Assembly: GCF_963921235.1 (NCBI RefSeq)
Contig: NC_086098.1
Coordinates: forward strand, 7,254,001-7,318,000
DNA from: Mobula hypostoma
Taxonomy: Eukaryota
Length of the DNA: 64,000 nt
Reading direction: 5' to 3'
Of the stretch, positions 45,968 through 58,635 are shown in pieces. Under the pieces are notes generated by a model. The model had not been told where the DNA came from. It saw only the letters and a program-made list of their open reading frames with translations, and did not search any database. Position numbers and translations under genes: made by a program. Position 1 is the stretch's first letter; every line of letters begins with the position of its first letter.

Positions 45968-48852
45968 TCTTATAACGCCTTAGCATTCCGTCTGTGCTCT
46001 TGAAATGAATGCTAACATCCCATTTGCCTTCACTGACACTTTATTCCCACTCTCTGCCTCTTGCCAGTCAGTCAATCTTCTATCCATGCTAGTATTTTCC
46101 CTGTAATTCAATGGGCTCTTATCTTATCAAAGGTCTTCTAAAAAAGCAATTATACAGTGTACATTGACTCTCTGTTTTTATCTTGTTTGTTATTTCCTCA
46201 AAATATTCCAACAGATTTGTCAGGCAAGATTTTCTCTTGAGTAAACCTTGAGTAGACTACGGCCTATTTTATCATGTGCCTCCAAGTCCTTCAAACCATA
46301 TCCTTAACAATTGACGCCAACACCTTACCAACAACTGAAGTCAGACTAACTGGCCTATTATTTCCTTTCTTTTCTCTCTCTCCCTTCTTGAACAGCGGAG
46401 TGACATTTGCAATTTTCCAGTCCTCTAGAATCATGCCAATGTCAATTGATTCTTTAAAGATCATTACCAATGCCTCCACAATGTCTTCAGCCACCTCTTT
46501 TAGAAGCCTGGGGTGTAATCCATCTGGTCCCGGTGACTTATCTACCTTCAGACCTTTCAGTTTTCCAAGTACCTTCTCGATAGTAATGGCAACTTCACTC
46601 ACTTCTGTCCCATAACAGTCTTAAACTGCCGGAATACTGCTAGTGTCTTCCACAGTGAAGACTGATGTAAAATACTTATTCATTTTGTCCACCATTTCCT
46701 TGTCCCCTATTACTACCAACCAGCATCACTTTCCAGTGATCCAATATCTATTCTCGACTCTCTTTTAGTCATAGTCATGGTCAGACTTTATTGTTCCTGG
46801 GGGAAATTGGTTTTCATTGCAGTTCCTAATCCTCCAACATCCCTTTATTTTCTGCTCTATTATATGCCCTCTTTTTGGATTTTATGTTGGCTTTGACTTA
46901 TCTTTAGAATATTTCTTCTTCTTTGGGATGTATATATCCTGTGCCTTCCAAAAAGCTGTTCTGCTGTCATCTCTGCTAGTGTTCCCTTCCAGTCAAATTT
47001 GGCTAGCTGCTCTCTCACGCCTTTCTAATTCCCTTTACTCCACTGTAATATTGACACATCTGATTTCAGCTTCTTCTCAAATTTCAGGGTGAATTCCATC
47101 ATATTATGACTCCTAAGGATTCATTTACCTTAAGCTCTCTAATCAATTCCAGTTCATTGCACAACACCCAATCCAGAATAGCTGATCCCCTCATGAAATA
47201 AGACATGAACTGATTTAAAACAAACATCTCGCAGGTATGCCAGAAATTCCCTCTCTTGTGATCCAGCACTAACTTGATTTTCACAGTTTCTGTGCATATT
47301 GAAATCCTCCATGACTATTGTAACTCTGCCATTTTGACTGCATTTTCTATCTCCCATTGTAATTTGTGGACACATTTTTATTACTGTTCCAGGGTCTGTA
47401 TATACAGTATCTCCTATTAGGGATTTTTTTTAAACCCTTGCAGTTCCTTAGCTTTACCCACAAAGGTTCTTCTTTCTAAGGATATGATTTAATTTTTTTA
47501 CCAACAGAGCCACACCATCCCCTCTGCCTACCTGCCTGTACTTGTGTATCCTTGGATGTTAAGCTCCCAGCTATTATTTTCTTTCAGCCACAATTCATTA
47601 ATGCCCACACCATCATCCATGCCAACCTGTAACTGTGCTGCAATTTCACCTTCTTTCTCTGTATACTACGTGCATTCAAATATAACACCTTCAGTCCTGT
47701 ATTCACCCGCTTCAATTTTGTCCCCCTTTAACATTGCAACTCATCATGTTGACTGCAATTTTGCACTGTCCCTCCAATTCCCATCTCCCTGCTCCAAGTG
47801 CCTCCAAGTACCTGAAGCCTTATCCTTAATAATGGACTTGAACAACTCCCCAACCACTGAAGTCAGGCTAACTGGCCTACAGTTTTCTTTCTTTTGCCTC
47901 CCTCCCTTCTTAAAGAGTGGAGTGACATTTGCAATTTTTCAGCCCTCCAGAACCGTTCTGGAATCTAGTGACTTATCTACCTTCAGACCTTTCTGCTTGC
48001 CAAGTTCCTTCTCCCGAGTAATAGCAACTGCATCCACTTCTGCCCTCTGATACTCTTGAACTTCATCTTTGGGATGTATCCATCCTGCAACTTCCAAATC
48101 GCCCCGAGAAACTCCAGCCTTTGCTGCTCTGCCATCATCCCTGCTAGTGTCTCCTTCCAATCAAGGCTGTCAGCTTCTCTCTCATGCCTTTATAATTTGC
48201 TTTACTCCACTGTGATACTGATCCATCTGACTTTAGCTCCTCCCTCTTAAACTGTGAAGTGAATTCTATCTTAGTATGGTCACTGACTCCTAAGGGTTCC
48301 TTTACTTTAAGCTTCCTCATCAAGTCTGGTTCATTACACAACAGCCAATCCAGAATTACCTTTCCTGAGCAGGCTCAACCACAAGCTACTCTAAAAAGCC
48401 ATCTCACAGGCATTTGACAAATTCTTTATCTTGATATCCAGCACCAACTGGATTTTCCCAATCTATCTGCAAACTGAAATCCCCCATGACTATTGTAACA
48501 TAGCCCTTTTGGCATGTGTATTCTATCTCCCATTGTAACTTGTAGATCACATCTTTAATACTGTTTGGGGATCTGTATATAACTCAAATCAGGGTTTTTC
48601 ACCCTTGCAATTCCTTAACTCGACCCACATGAATTCTAAATCTTCTCATCCTACATCAACTCTTTCTAAGGATTTGATTCTATATTTTACCAATAGAGAC
48701 AGCTGAATCCCCTCTGCCTACCTGTGTATCATTTTGATACAACGTTTATCCTTGGACTTTAGCCTCCCAGCTATGATCTTCTTTCAGCTGGAGCTCAGTG
48801 ATGCCCACACATCATACCTTCCAACCCCCAAATGCGCTGTAAGATCATCTAT

Positions 48853-49197
48853 TTAATGCAAATATCTAATCAGCCAATCATGTGGCAGCAACTCAATGCA
48901 TAAAAGCATGTAGGCATGGTCACAAGGTTCAGTTATTGCCCAGAACAAACATCAGAATAGGGTAGAAATGTGATCTAAATGTCTTTGACTATGTAATGAT
49001 TGTTGGTGCCAGACAGAGTGTTTTGAGTATCTCAGAAAATGCTGATCTCCTGGAATTTTCACCAGTCTGTACAATTTATAGAGAATGGTATAAAAAAAAC
49101 AAAAATATTCAGCGAGCCACAGTGCTGTGGGCAAAAATATCTTGTTAATGAGAGAGTTCAAAGGAGAATGGCCAGACTGGCTCAAGCTGACAGGAAG
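48853..49197 (+). mobile_element. Tc1-like non-autonomous fragment
   Basis: Same family as 34060-34572. Confidence 0.8.
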
Positions 49198-49267
49198 GAG
49201 CTGCTCCTGAATCATTGAATGTATCCCTTCAGGCTTCGATACCTCCTTCCTTATGGTACCAGTGAGA

Positions 49268-49836
49268 TTGGGTGTATGGGGTGTCAGGGAGGGGTACCAC
49301 CTCTGGTGGGGGAACATGTCGCGTCCTTTTCAGGGCTGTTGGTCCACCTTTGGTCCCCACCTGGCACTCAGCTCTCACCTGTGGCTCCCCGTAGCTGTTT
49401 GCATGCGACAGCGGCCACACCCCGGGTAACGGCTTCGACAAGCCGGCTAAACCAGGAGAGGGTAGCCGACAGGTCTGAAACCCTCAGTGAGATAAGGAGT
49501 TGTCTATCCCAGCATGTGAAGACAGACTCCGGCGGATTGAGTGGACGAGACCAATGGAAGGTCCAACGGTCAAGAAGGCGGTCTCTGCAAGCGTCGTGGA
49601 ACATGTAGAGCACGACAAGACACGGAAGACGTTCTGGTCATCCATTGCGCCTAGTCCCATCTCCAGCCAACTCGACTCTTGTCTTGCCACTGGATCCAGA
49701 TGGGAATTGGGAAGAGAGAGTGAGGCTGACGCTGCGCAACTCTCCCTCACTTAAATTCAAATCACGCGCTAGTCTCAACACCATCATAATGGTGTCGAGG
49801 TCCTCATTGACGTTGACGATGGACAAACACACACGA
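49268..49836 (+). mobile_element. Full-length ~570-bp non-autonomous RTE-type element (family C)
   Basis: 10-bp TSD ACCAGTGAGA (49258-49267) / ACTAGTGAGA (49837-49846); short (AC)n tail; no credible ORF; second copy at 17566-18034. Confidence 0.9.
49270..49462 (+). ncRNA. HDV-like self-cleaving ribozyme (predicted) at the element 5' end
   Basis: P1 GGGUGU 49270-75 / ACACCC(C) 49417-23; P2 49372-82 / 49451-62; P3 GGC 49383-85 / GCC 49414-16; L3 starts UCC; P1.1 GG 49424-25; P4 CGGCUU/AAGCCG 49430-45; J4/2 GCUAA with catalytic C at 49447. Confidence 0.8.
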
Positions 49837-50528
49837 ACTAGTGAGAAAAGAGCATGTCCTGGGCGATGGGGATTGTTAATGACGGATGCCGCCTTTCTGA
49901 AGTATCACTCCTTGAAGATGTCCTGGATACTATGGAGGCTAGTGCCCATGATGGAGCTGACAAAGTCTACAAATATCTGTAGCTCATTTCAATCCCATTC
50001 AGTGGCCCCCTCGCCCATAGTAGGTGGTGATGAAGCTTGTTAGAATGTTCTCCACAGTGCATCTATAGAAATTTGTGAGTGCTTTAGTTGACATACCAGA
50101 TCTCCCCAAACTCATAATGAAATATAGCCACTGTTGTGCCTTCTTTGTTACTACATTGATATGTTGGGTCCAGGTTAGATCCTCAGAGATATTGACACCC
50201 TGGAAATTGAAATTGCTCACTTTTTCCACTTCTGATCCCTCTATGAGGATTGGTGTATGCTCCCTCATCTTACCCTTTCTCAAGTTCACAATCAGCTCTT
50301 TGGTCTTGCTGACGCTGAATGCAAAGTTATTGATGCGACACCACTCAACTCGCTGGTCTATCTCACTCCTGTTCACCCTCTCGTCACCATCTGAGATTCT
50401 GCCAACAACGGTTGTATTATCAGCAAATTTATAGAAGGCATTTGAGCTATGCTTAGCCACACAGTCATGGGTATAGAAGGAGTAGAGCAGTCAGCTAAGC
50501 ACACGTCCCTGATGTGCACCAGTGTTGA

Positions 50529-51018
50529 TCATAGAAACATAGAAACATAGAAAATAGGTGCAGGAGTAGGCCATTCGGCCCTTCGAGCCTGCACCGCCAT
50601 TCAGTACGATCATGGCTGATCATCCAACTCAGAACCCTGTACCTGCCTTCTCTCCATACCCCCGATCCCTTTAGCCACAAGGGCCATATCTAACTCCCTC
50701 TTAAATATAGCCAATGAACTGGCCTCAACTGTTTCCTGTGGCAGAGAATTCCACAGATTCACCACTCTTGGTATGAAGAAGTTTTTCCTCATCTCGGTCC
50801 TAAAAGGCTTCCCGTTTATCCTCAGACTGTGACCACACGTTCTGGACTTCCCCGACATCGGGAACAATCTTCCTACATCTAGCCTGTCCAATCCCTTTAG
50901 AATTTTATACATTTCAATAAGATCCCCCCTCAACCTTCTAAATTCCAGAGAGTATAAGCCTAGCCGATCCAGTCTTTCTTCATATGAAAGTCCTGCCATC
51001 CCAGGAATCAACCTGGTG
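50529..51018 (-). mobile_element. Young CR1 3' fragment
   Basis: ORF 50610-51011 IPGMAGLSYEERLDRLGLYSLEFRRLRGDLIE; (ATAGAAAC)n tail. Confidence 0.95.
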
Positions 51019-51079
51019 ATTGTCAGTGTGCTGGAGGACTTATTTCATGTCTGTACAGATTTGACGTGTCATCTAACAC

Positions 51080-53300
51080 TTCTATAGATGCACAATTGTG
51101 ATGATCCTAATTAGATGTATCATGACCTGGTATAGAAACACCAATGCCCAAGAATGGAAAAGTCTACAAAAAGTGATGGATACAGCCCAGTCCATCACAG
51201 GCAAAGCCCTCCATATCATTGAACACTTGTACAAGGAGCATTGCCACAAGGAAGTTGCATCCATCATCAAGGACTTCCACCATCCAGAACATGCTTTCCT
51301 CTCACTATTACCATCAGACAGAAGGTGCAGGAGCCTTAAGTCCCATACCTACAGGCTCAGCAACATCAGGGTCTTGAACCATTGTGGGCAATGTCACTCA
51401 CCACCACACTAAATTGATTCCACAACCTATAGACTCACTTCCAAGGAATCTAAAACTCAGGTTCTCAGTAATTATTATTTTTTTATTATTTGCATGATTT
51501 GTCTTCTTTTGCACTTTGAATGATTGTCGGTCTTGGTTTATGTATCACTTTTCATAAATTCTATTGTCGTTCTCATTTTTTGTAACTGTCTGCAAGAAAA
51601 TGAACCTCAAGGTAGTGTAAGGTGACATACAGTATATGTACTGTACCTTCATTAACTTGACTTGACTTTGGTTGCTTCTCAGTTTTTGTGTGTTATTTTT
51701 CAGTGATTCTATAGTATTTCTTTGTTTTCCTGTAAATACCTTCAAGGAAATGAACCTCAGGTAGTATATAGTGAAATATATGAACTTTGATTGAACAAAA
51801 CTTCATCTTTCCTCAGTGGTCGAACTGCGGATAAAAACGAGCTGTAGATTTCAGGCAGTATTTATATTTGTATGCAGAGACAGGGAAAACTGTCAGCTTT
51901 GACCTATTAGTTCACCAAAACACAGGAAGGGAAGAACTTTCCCTTCAAAATTCCCAAAAACACAGTGTCCACTAACCTGTTCCCTATTGAAGGTAGAGAT
52001 TTGAGACTGGGATCTTGGGGGAAGCTGAGATGCAGCATTTAGATCTCTGATTGGCTGTGTCCAACATGTCATTGGCAATGGCCAACATATTACTGATGAA
52101 AGCTACTGAATAAAATTAGCAACCCAGCATCAAGGGCATCTTCAAAAGGCAGCATCCATGACTAAGGATTCCCCATGACTGGGGAAGTGCTCTCTCTTGA
52201 CATATATACAATTAAATTAAATAAGCAGTGCAAAAAGAGAACAAACAAAATTGCGAAGTGTTGTAAGTGGATTCATTGCCTTTTCAGAAATCTGATGGCA
52301 GAGGGGAAAAAGCTGTTCCTAATGTGTCTTCAGGCTCTTACCTTCTCCATGATGGCAGCAATGAGAAGAGGGAATGTTTTGGGTGATGGGGATGCTTAAT
52401 GATGGATGCTGCCTTTTTGAGAAATTGCCTTTTGAAGATAGCGTTGATGATGGGGAGGCTAATGCCCATGATGGGGCTGAGTTTACAACTTTCTGCAGCT
52501 TTCCCTGTGAAGTGGGACCCTCTATACTAGAAGGTGATTTCAACCAGTTAGAATGCTCTACATGGAATATCTCATTAGTTCTGTATATGTCATTAGGAGC
52601 TTGAGCAGGTTTGGTTGTCAGCTGAAACACTTGAAAACTTCTACAGATGTACTGTGGAGATCATTCTGACAGGCTGCATCACTGTTGGGAGGGGGGTGGT
52701 TTGGTCTACTGCACAGGATCAGAAGAAGCTATAAAAATTTGTAAGATTAGTCAGTGCCATTTTGGGTACTAGCCTCTTCAAGGAGCAATGCCTCAGAAAG
52801 GTGGTACCCATTATTAAGGACCCCCATCACGCAGGACATTGTTACCGTCAGGCGGGAGGTACAGATGCCTGAAGTCTCACACTCAGCAATTCAGAAACAG
52901 TTTATTCTTTTCTGTCATCCAATTCCTAAATGGACATTAGACCCATGAACGCTATCTTACTTTTAAAAAATATACTATTTCTGTTTTTTGCACTATTTTA
53001 AATTTAGCTATTTAATAAACATATATATATATACTGTCTGTTATTAATTTAGTTATTTATTTTTTGTTCTACATTATCATGTATTGCATTGTACAGCTGT
53101 TGCTAAGTTAACAAATTTCATGACACTTGCCACTGATAATAAACCTGATTCCGATTCTGATTCTGATATCTGTAGAAATTTGTTAGTCTTTGATGGCATA
53201 CCAAATCTCCTCAAACTCCTAATGAATTATAGCCACTGTCATGCCTTCTTTGTAATTGCAATAATATATTGGGCATATTTTCTTATTGTATTTTATAGTA
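51080..53300. mobile_element. Multiple Rex1/Babar-type 3' fragments on both strands
   Basis: LQKVMDTAQSITG..SIIKDFHHPEHAFLSLLPS; repeated family UTR tails. Confidence 0.7.
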
Positions 53301-53434
53301 GTTTTTTTTGATGTATTGCTGCCACAAAACTACACATTTCATGACATATGTCACTGTGCAAAGGTCTTAGGCACACATCTATAGTTTGGGTGCTGAAGAC
53401 TTTTGCAAAGTACTGTAGTTGTCAACGTGGAGTG

Positions 53435-54128
53435 GAGAGTGGTGGGCATGCAGGTACAGCAGGCGGTGAAAAAGGCGAACGGTATGCTGGCATTTATAGC
53501 GAGAGGATTCGAGTACAGGAGCAGGGAGGTACTACTGCAGTTGTACAAGGCCTTGGTGAGACCACACCTGGAGTATTGTGTGCAGTTTTGGTCCCCTAAT
53601 CTGAGCAAAGACATCTTTGCCATAGAGGGAGTACAAAGAAGGTTCACCAGATTGATTCCTGGGATGGCAGGTCTTTCATATGAAGAAAGACTGGATGAAC
53701 TGGGCTTGTACTCGTTGGAATTTAGAAGATTGAGGGGGGATCTGATTGAAACGTATAAGATCCTAAAGGGATTGGACAGGCTAGATGCGGGAAGATTGTT
53801 CCCGATGTTGGGGAGGTCTAGAACGAGGGGTCACAGTTTGAGGATAGAGGGGAAGCCTTTTAGGACCGAGGTTAGGAAAAACTTCTTCACACAGAGAGTG
53901 GTGAATCTGTGGAATTCTCTGCCACAGCAAACTGTTGAGGCCAGTTCATTAGCTATGTTTAAAAGGAAGTTAGATATGGCCCTTGTGGCTACAGGGGTCA
54001 GGGGGTATGGAGGGAAGGCTGGGTTCTGAGTTGGATGATCAGCCATGATCATAATGAATGGCGGTGCAGGCTCGAAGGGCCGAATGGCCTACTCCTGCAC
54101 CTATTTTCTATGTTTCTATGTTTCTATG
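53435..54128 (+). mobile_element. Young CR1 3' fragment
   Basis: ORF KKANGMLAFIARG..LYKALVRPHLEYCVQFWSP..NFFTQRVVNLWNSLP; (TTTCTATG)n tail. Confidence 0.95.
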
Positions 54129-54499
54129 TAAATCCAGGAGGAGCACAGAATGCTGGGATGGAGCGCTGTGGGAAGGGCATGATACAGGTGGCAGAGAAGG
54201 AATGCCAGGGGCTGGGTGTGGCACAGGTGAGGATATATTCAGTCCTGAGACATCAGACAAGGTCATTTGATCCCAAATAAATGGATTATTGATCATTAGA
54301 GTATGCCTTTCTAGAGCTTCCCACTCCCTCCCCTCTCCCTTCTCCTTTTCCCAACCATGATCCCCCTCCCACTCTCAGCCCACAATAGAGACCCATATCA
54401 GAATCAGGTTTATCATCACTCACATATGTCATAAAAAAATTTTTTTGTGTGTCTCAGCAGCACAGTGTAACATAAAGTTACACTGTAGGTAGTAAAAAG

Positions 54500-55895
54500 T
54501 AGTAGGGATAGTCCGGGTAATTACAGACCAGTGAGCCTTACGTCTGTGGTGGGAAAACTGTTGGAAAAGATTCTTAGAGATAGGATCTATAGGCATTTAG
54601 AGAATCATGGTCTGATCAGGGACAGTCAGCATGGCTTTGTGAAGGGCAGATCATGTCTAACAAGCCTGATAGAGTTCTTTGAGGAGGTGTCCAGGCATAT
54701 AGATGAGGGTAGTGCTGTGGATGTGATCTATATGGATTTTAGTAAGGCATTTGACAAGGTTCCACATGGCAGGCTTATTCAGAAAGTCAGAAGGCATGGG
54801 ATCCAGGGAAGTTTGGCCAGGTGGATTCAGAATTGGCTTGCCTGCAGAAGGCAGAGGGTGGTGGTGGAGGGAGTACATTCAGATTGGAGGATTGTGACTA
54901 GTGGTGTTCCACAAAGATCTGCTCTGGGACCTCTACTTTTCGTGATTTTTATTAACGACCTGGATGTGGGGGTAGAAAGGTGGGTTGGCAAGTTTGCAGA
55001 CAACACAAAGGTTGGTGGTGTTGTAGATAGTGTAGAGGATTGTCAAAGATTGCAGAGAGACATTGATAGGATGCAGAAGTGGGCTGAGAAGTGGCAGATG
55101 GAGTTCAACCTGGAGAAGTGTGAGGTGGTACACTTTGGAAGGACAATCTCCAAGGCAGGGTACAAAGTAAGTGGCAGGATACTTGGTAGTGTGGAGGAGC
55201 AGAGGGATCTCGGGGTACATGTCCACAGATCCCTGAAAGTTGCCTCACAGGTGGATAGGGTAGTTAAGAAAGCTTATGGGGTGTTAGCTTTCATAAGTCG
55301 AGCGATAGAGTTTAAGAATCGCGATGTAATGATGCAGCTCTATAAAACTCTGGTTAGGCCACACTTGGAGTACTGCATCCAGTACTGGTCGCCTCACTAT
55401 AGGAAGGATGTGGAAGCATTGGAAAGGGTACAGAGGAGAATTAACAGGATGCTGCCTGGTTTAGAGAGTATGCATTATGATCAGAGATTAAGGGAGCTAG
55501 GGGCTTTACTCTTTGGAGAGAAGGAGGATGAGAGGAGACATGATAGAGGTGTACAAGATAATAAGAGGAATAGATAGAGTGGATAGCCAGCGCCTCTTCC
55601 CCAGGGCACCACTGCTCAATACAAGAGGGCAGGGCTTTAAGGTAAAGGATGGGAAGTTCAAGGGGGATATTAGAGGAAGGTTTTTTACTCAGAGAGTGGT
55701 TGGTGCGTGGAATGCACTGCCTGAGTCAGTGGTGGAGGCAGATACACTAGTGAAGTATAAGAGACTACTAGACAGGTATATGGAGGAATTTAAGGTGGGG
55801 GCTTATATGGGAGGCAGAGTTTGAGGGTCGGCACAACATTGTGGGCCGAAGGGCCTGTACTGTGCTGTACTATCCTATGTTCTATGTTCTATGTT
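54500..55895 (+). mobile_element. CR1 LINE RT domain to 3' end (one frameshift)
   Basis: ORF 54531-55577 SQHGFVKGRSCLTSL, YMDFSKAFDKVPH, SGVPQRSALGP, FADNTK; (TTCTATG)n tail. Confidence 0.96.
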
Positions 55896-56551
55896 AATAT
55901 GCAAAAGTGTATGTATGTGCCCTAGACATTGGCACAGTTCTGTATGGCAGTGAAAACAAACCCGATTCTTATTCGACTCCTGTAAACTTTGCTCCCGGAG
56001 AATCAGTGATTTTCACAATTAGTAATCCAAGATATCCACTGCAGGAAGTGAATGCAGTAAATTTGGAGAGAGGTAATGTTTTAAATGTCTTTGGTGAAGG
56101 TGGTAAACCCCGAAAGTGAAACATCAACACCAGATCGGTTTAGAGACAATCGCATCATTAACTAATAGTTTCAAGTCATTTAGTTGAAAAGTTTAAACTT
56201 CAAAATTCATTGAGTTGTGGAAAGCGGCCTGAATGCTTCAAGATTCCTTAATTGCTGTTCTTGGCAAGTCTATTACAAGGACAGAAGGGTGACTATCTTG
56301 GCTCAGTTAAGCTAATTGCTTTATAACTGTCAGATCTAAATAGATTTTAGCTTGAAATTTTCTATGACACTCAGAGTGTCAGGCAGCCAAATGCAAACTA
56401 ATTTTAGTAACTCTTATCCTTGATCCTGCCAAACGTCTGAAGGAACTAATCAGCTGGAATTAATAATCCACATAAACACCAGCAATTTGTAAACAATATG
56501 GGGAGTAGTTAATAACTAATGCATTTATTTACAATGACTGATGATTGACGT

Positions 56552-56820
56552 TGGGCGTCATGGTAGAATAACGATTAGTACGATGGTATTCCAGCTCAGA
56601 GGGCTGGAGTTTGGAATTCAATTTTGACGTCGTCTGTAAGGAGTTTGTACGTTCTACCCATCATATGCATGGGTTTCCTCCGACTGCTCCAGATCCCTCC
56701 CACAGTCCAAAGACAAACCGGGTAGAAGGTTAATTGGTCATTGTAAATTGTCCTGTCATGGTGGCTAGGGTTGCTTGGTGCTGTGTCTCATTAGGCCAGA
56801 AGGGTCTGTTTCACACAGTG
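56552..56820 (+). mobile_element. V-SINE
   Basis: TCTGTAAGGAGTTTGTACGTTCT..GGGTTTCCTCC..CCCACAGTCCAAAGAC. Confidence 0.75.
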
Positions 56821-56821
56821 A

Positions 56822-57393
56822 GAACCTCCGTTGGTCAATGTGTCCTCGCCGTCATACATAAGCCAGTATTCAAGCCACGGCAGTACGATATGGAGAGCAA
56901 GCTGATGCCCGTGCAGCAGGCTCCCCGTCTCTACACAGCTGATGAATCCAAAAAAATGGCAGAGACTGATACAGTTTGGCACCAGTGGTATCGCAGGAGT
57001 CACCAGTCAACCTTAAACTCAACGTAGGACTGCCTTAGGGATTCCAGCTCCAGATTCATCCTCAGAGTTTACTCCCAAAGCCTTCCACATGAGTGGTGAG
57101 GCTTCAAGGCAGCGGAGGTTCCAAGAATTCTCCTTCTCCTGTATGAACTTTCAACCACAGCTAATGAGCCCCATCTGTCCAAAGCCACTGGTTTTAAAGC
57201 ACCAGTAATCTGTCTTTGCCCCTTCTCCTGTCAATAGAAATGGTTCTGCTAGGCTTGGTAGTTAAGCCACATGTGATAGCCAGGAGCTGGATCTATCTAA
57301 GAGATTATTTGAGATGCATGCCTTTGGGAGCAGTTAATTGGTAGTGGGAGTTTACCTCCAGAACCACTCCTGGCTATAACAACCTGAAGGAAC
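56822..57393 (-). mobile_element. Family D element copy 3
   Basis: Colinear with 35878-36439. Confidence 0.8.
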
Positions 57394-57734
57394 ACCATAT
57401 TGTTTCTCCAAATAAATAAATAAAGATTAGGCTAGAAATGAATGAAAGTAACTAAAGTAACTTTGAAATGTGTATTATTTTCTTTGAATTATTTAAGAAT
57501 ACATAGAAACACTTCTGTTCAAATTCACTTAATAAAAAAGCCTCAGCAGCCTTTACTAGGTAATTGGCAATTAGGAAATTGTTTGTTACAGTCACAAATA
57601 CCAAGACACAATGAAAAGTTTTTGTTAGAATATTGTGCTACATTTACAGAGAATGTGCAGTGCAGGAAGACAAGTAAGATGGAAGGGCCATGAGAAGATA
57701 AATTGAGAGATCAGGGCTTAACCTTTATAGGCAT

Positions 57735-58635
57735 GAGAAGGTTTGCTGATGCTGGAAATCCAGGGCAACACACACCGAATGCTGGAGGAACTCAGCAAGT
57801 CAGGCAGCAACTATGGAAATGAATAGATGGTTGACATTTTGGGCTGAGACCCATCTTCAAGACTGAGAAGAAAGGAGGAAGATGCCAGAATAAAAAGGCG
57901 GGGGGAGGGGACAGGGGCTAGCTGGAAGGTGATAGGTGAAGCCAAGTGATTGGGAAAGGTCAAGGGCTGGAGAAGAAAGAATCTCATACAAGAGGAGAGT
58001 GGATGACAGGAGAAAGGGAAAGAGGAGAGGACCCGGAAGAAGTAGTAAGCTGGTGAGAAGAAGGACAGTATAAGGTCAAAGTGGGAAATGGGGGGGAGGG
58101 GGAATTTGTTCACTGGAAGGAGAAATTGATATCCCTCACAACCCTATTCCCATGCCTCCTCCCATAATCTTTGATTCCTTTGCTGATCAAGAACCAATCA
58201 AACTCCACTTCAAATATACCCAATGACTTGGCCACAATAGCCCACTGTGGCAATGAATTCCACTGATTCACCACCCTCCGGCTAAGGGCATTTCCTTGTA
58301 TTCTGAAGCTGTTCCCTCTGTCCCTAGGCTCGGCAAATATTGTAACCACCTCTCCACATCTACTGTCCACTAGGCCTTTAAATATTTGGTATGTTTCAAT
58401 GAGAAGCGCCTTCATTCCTCTAAACTCCAGTCAGAAAAGACTAAAGCCATGAAACGCTCCTCAATATATTAGCCTATTAATTCCTGAGATCATTCTCGTG
58501 TGAACTTCCTCTTGACCCTCTCCAATGACAGCACATCCTTTCTTCGATATGGGTCCAAAACTGCTCACAATACTCCAAATGCATTCTGACAATGCCTTAT
58601 AAAGCATCAGCATTGCATCCTTGCTTTTATATTCT
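57735..58635 (-). mobile_element. Penelope pseudo-LTR (57735-58130) adjacent to a CR1 3' fragment (58130-58635)
   Basis: Purine-rich pseudo-LTR on +; ORF 58110-58415 LSRRVVNQWNSLPQ. Confidence 0.8.

Larger units (their letters stand above)
43735..48850 (-). mobile_element. CR1 LINE relic(s) spanning endonuclease, RT and 3' end, with deletions and a duplicated segment, interrupted by Penelope
   Basis: KSPGPDGLHPRLLKE..WKIANVTPLFKKG..RPVSLTS (46291-46602) recurs at ~47830-48030; ILDWVLCNE / CNEPDL endonuclease remnants occur twice. Confidence 0.85.
49198..50528 (-). mobile_element. Rex1/Babar-type LINE fragment (host of the family C insertion)
   Basis: ORF 49999-50460 YKFADNTTVVG..SKTKEL..NFYRCTVENILT. 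Confidence 0.88.

Noticed and set aside
54531..55577. Functional reverse transcriptase gene
   Set aside because: 5'-truncated CR1 with FADD mutated to FADN and a frameshift.
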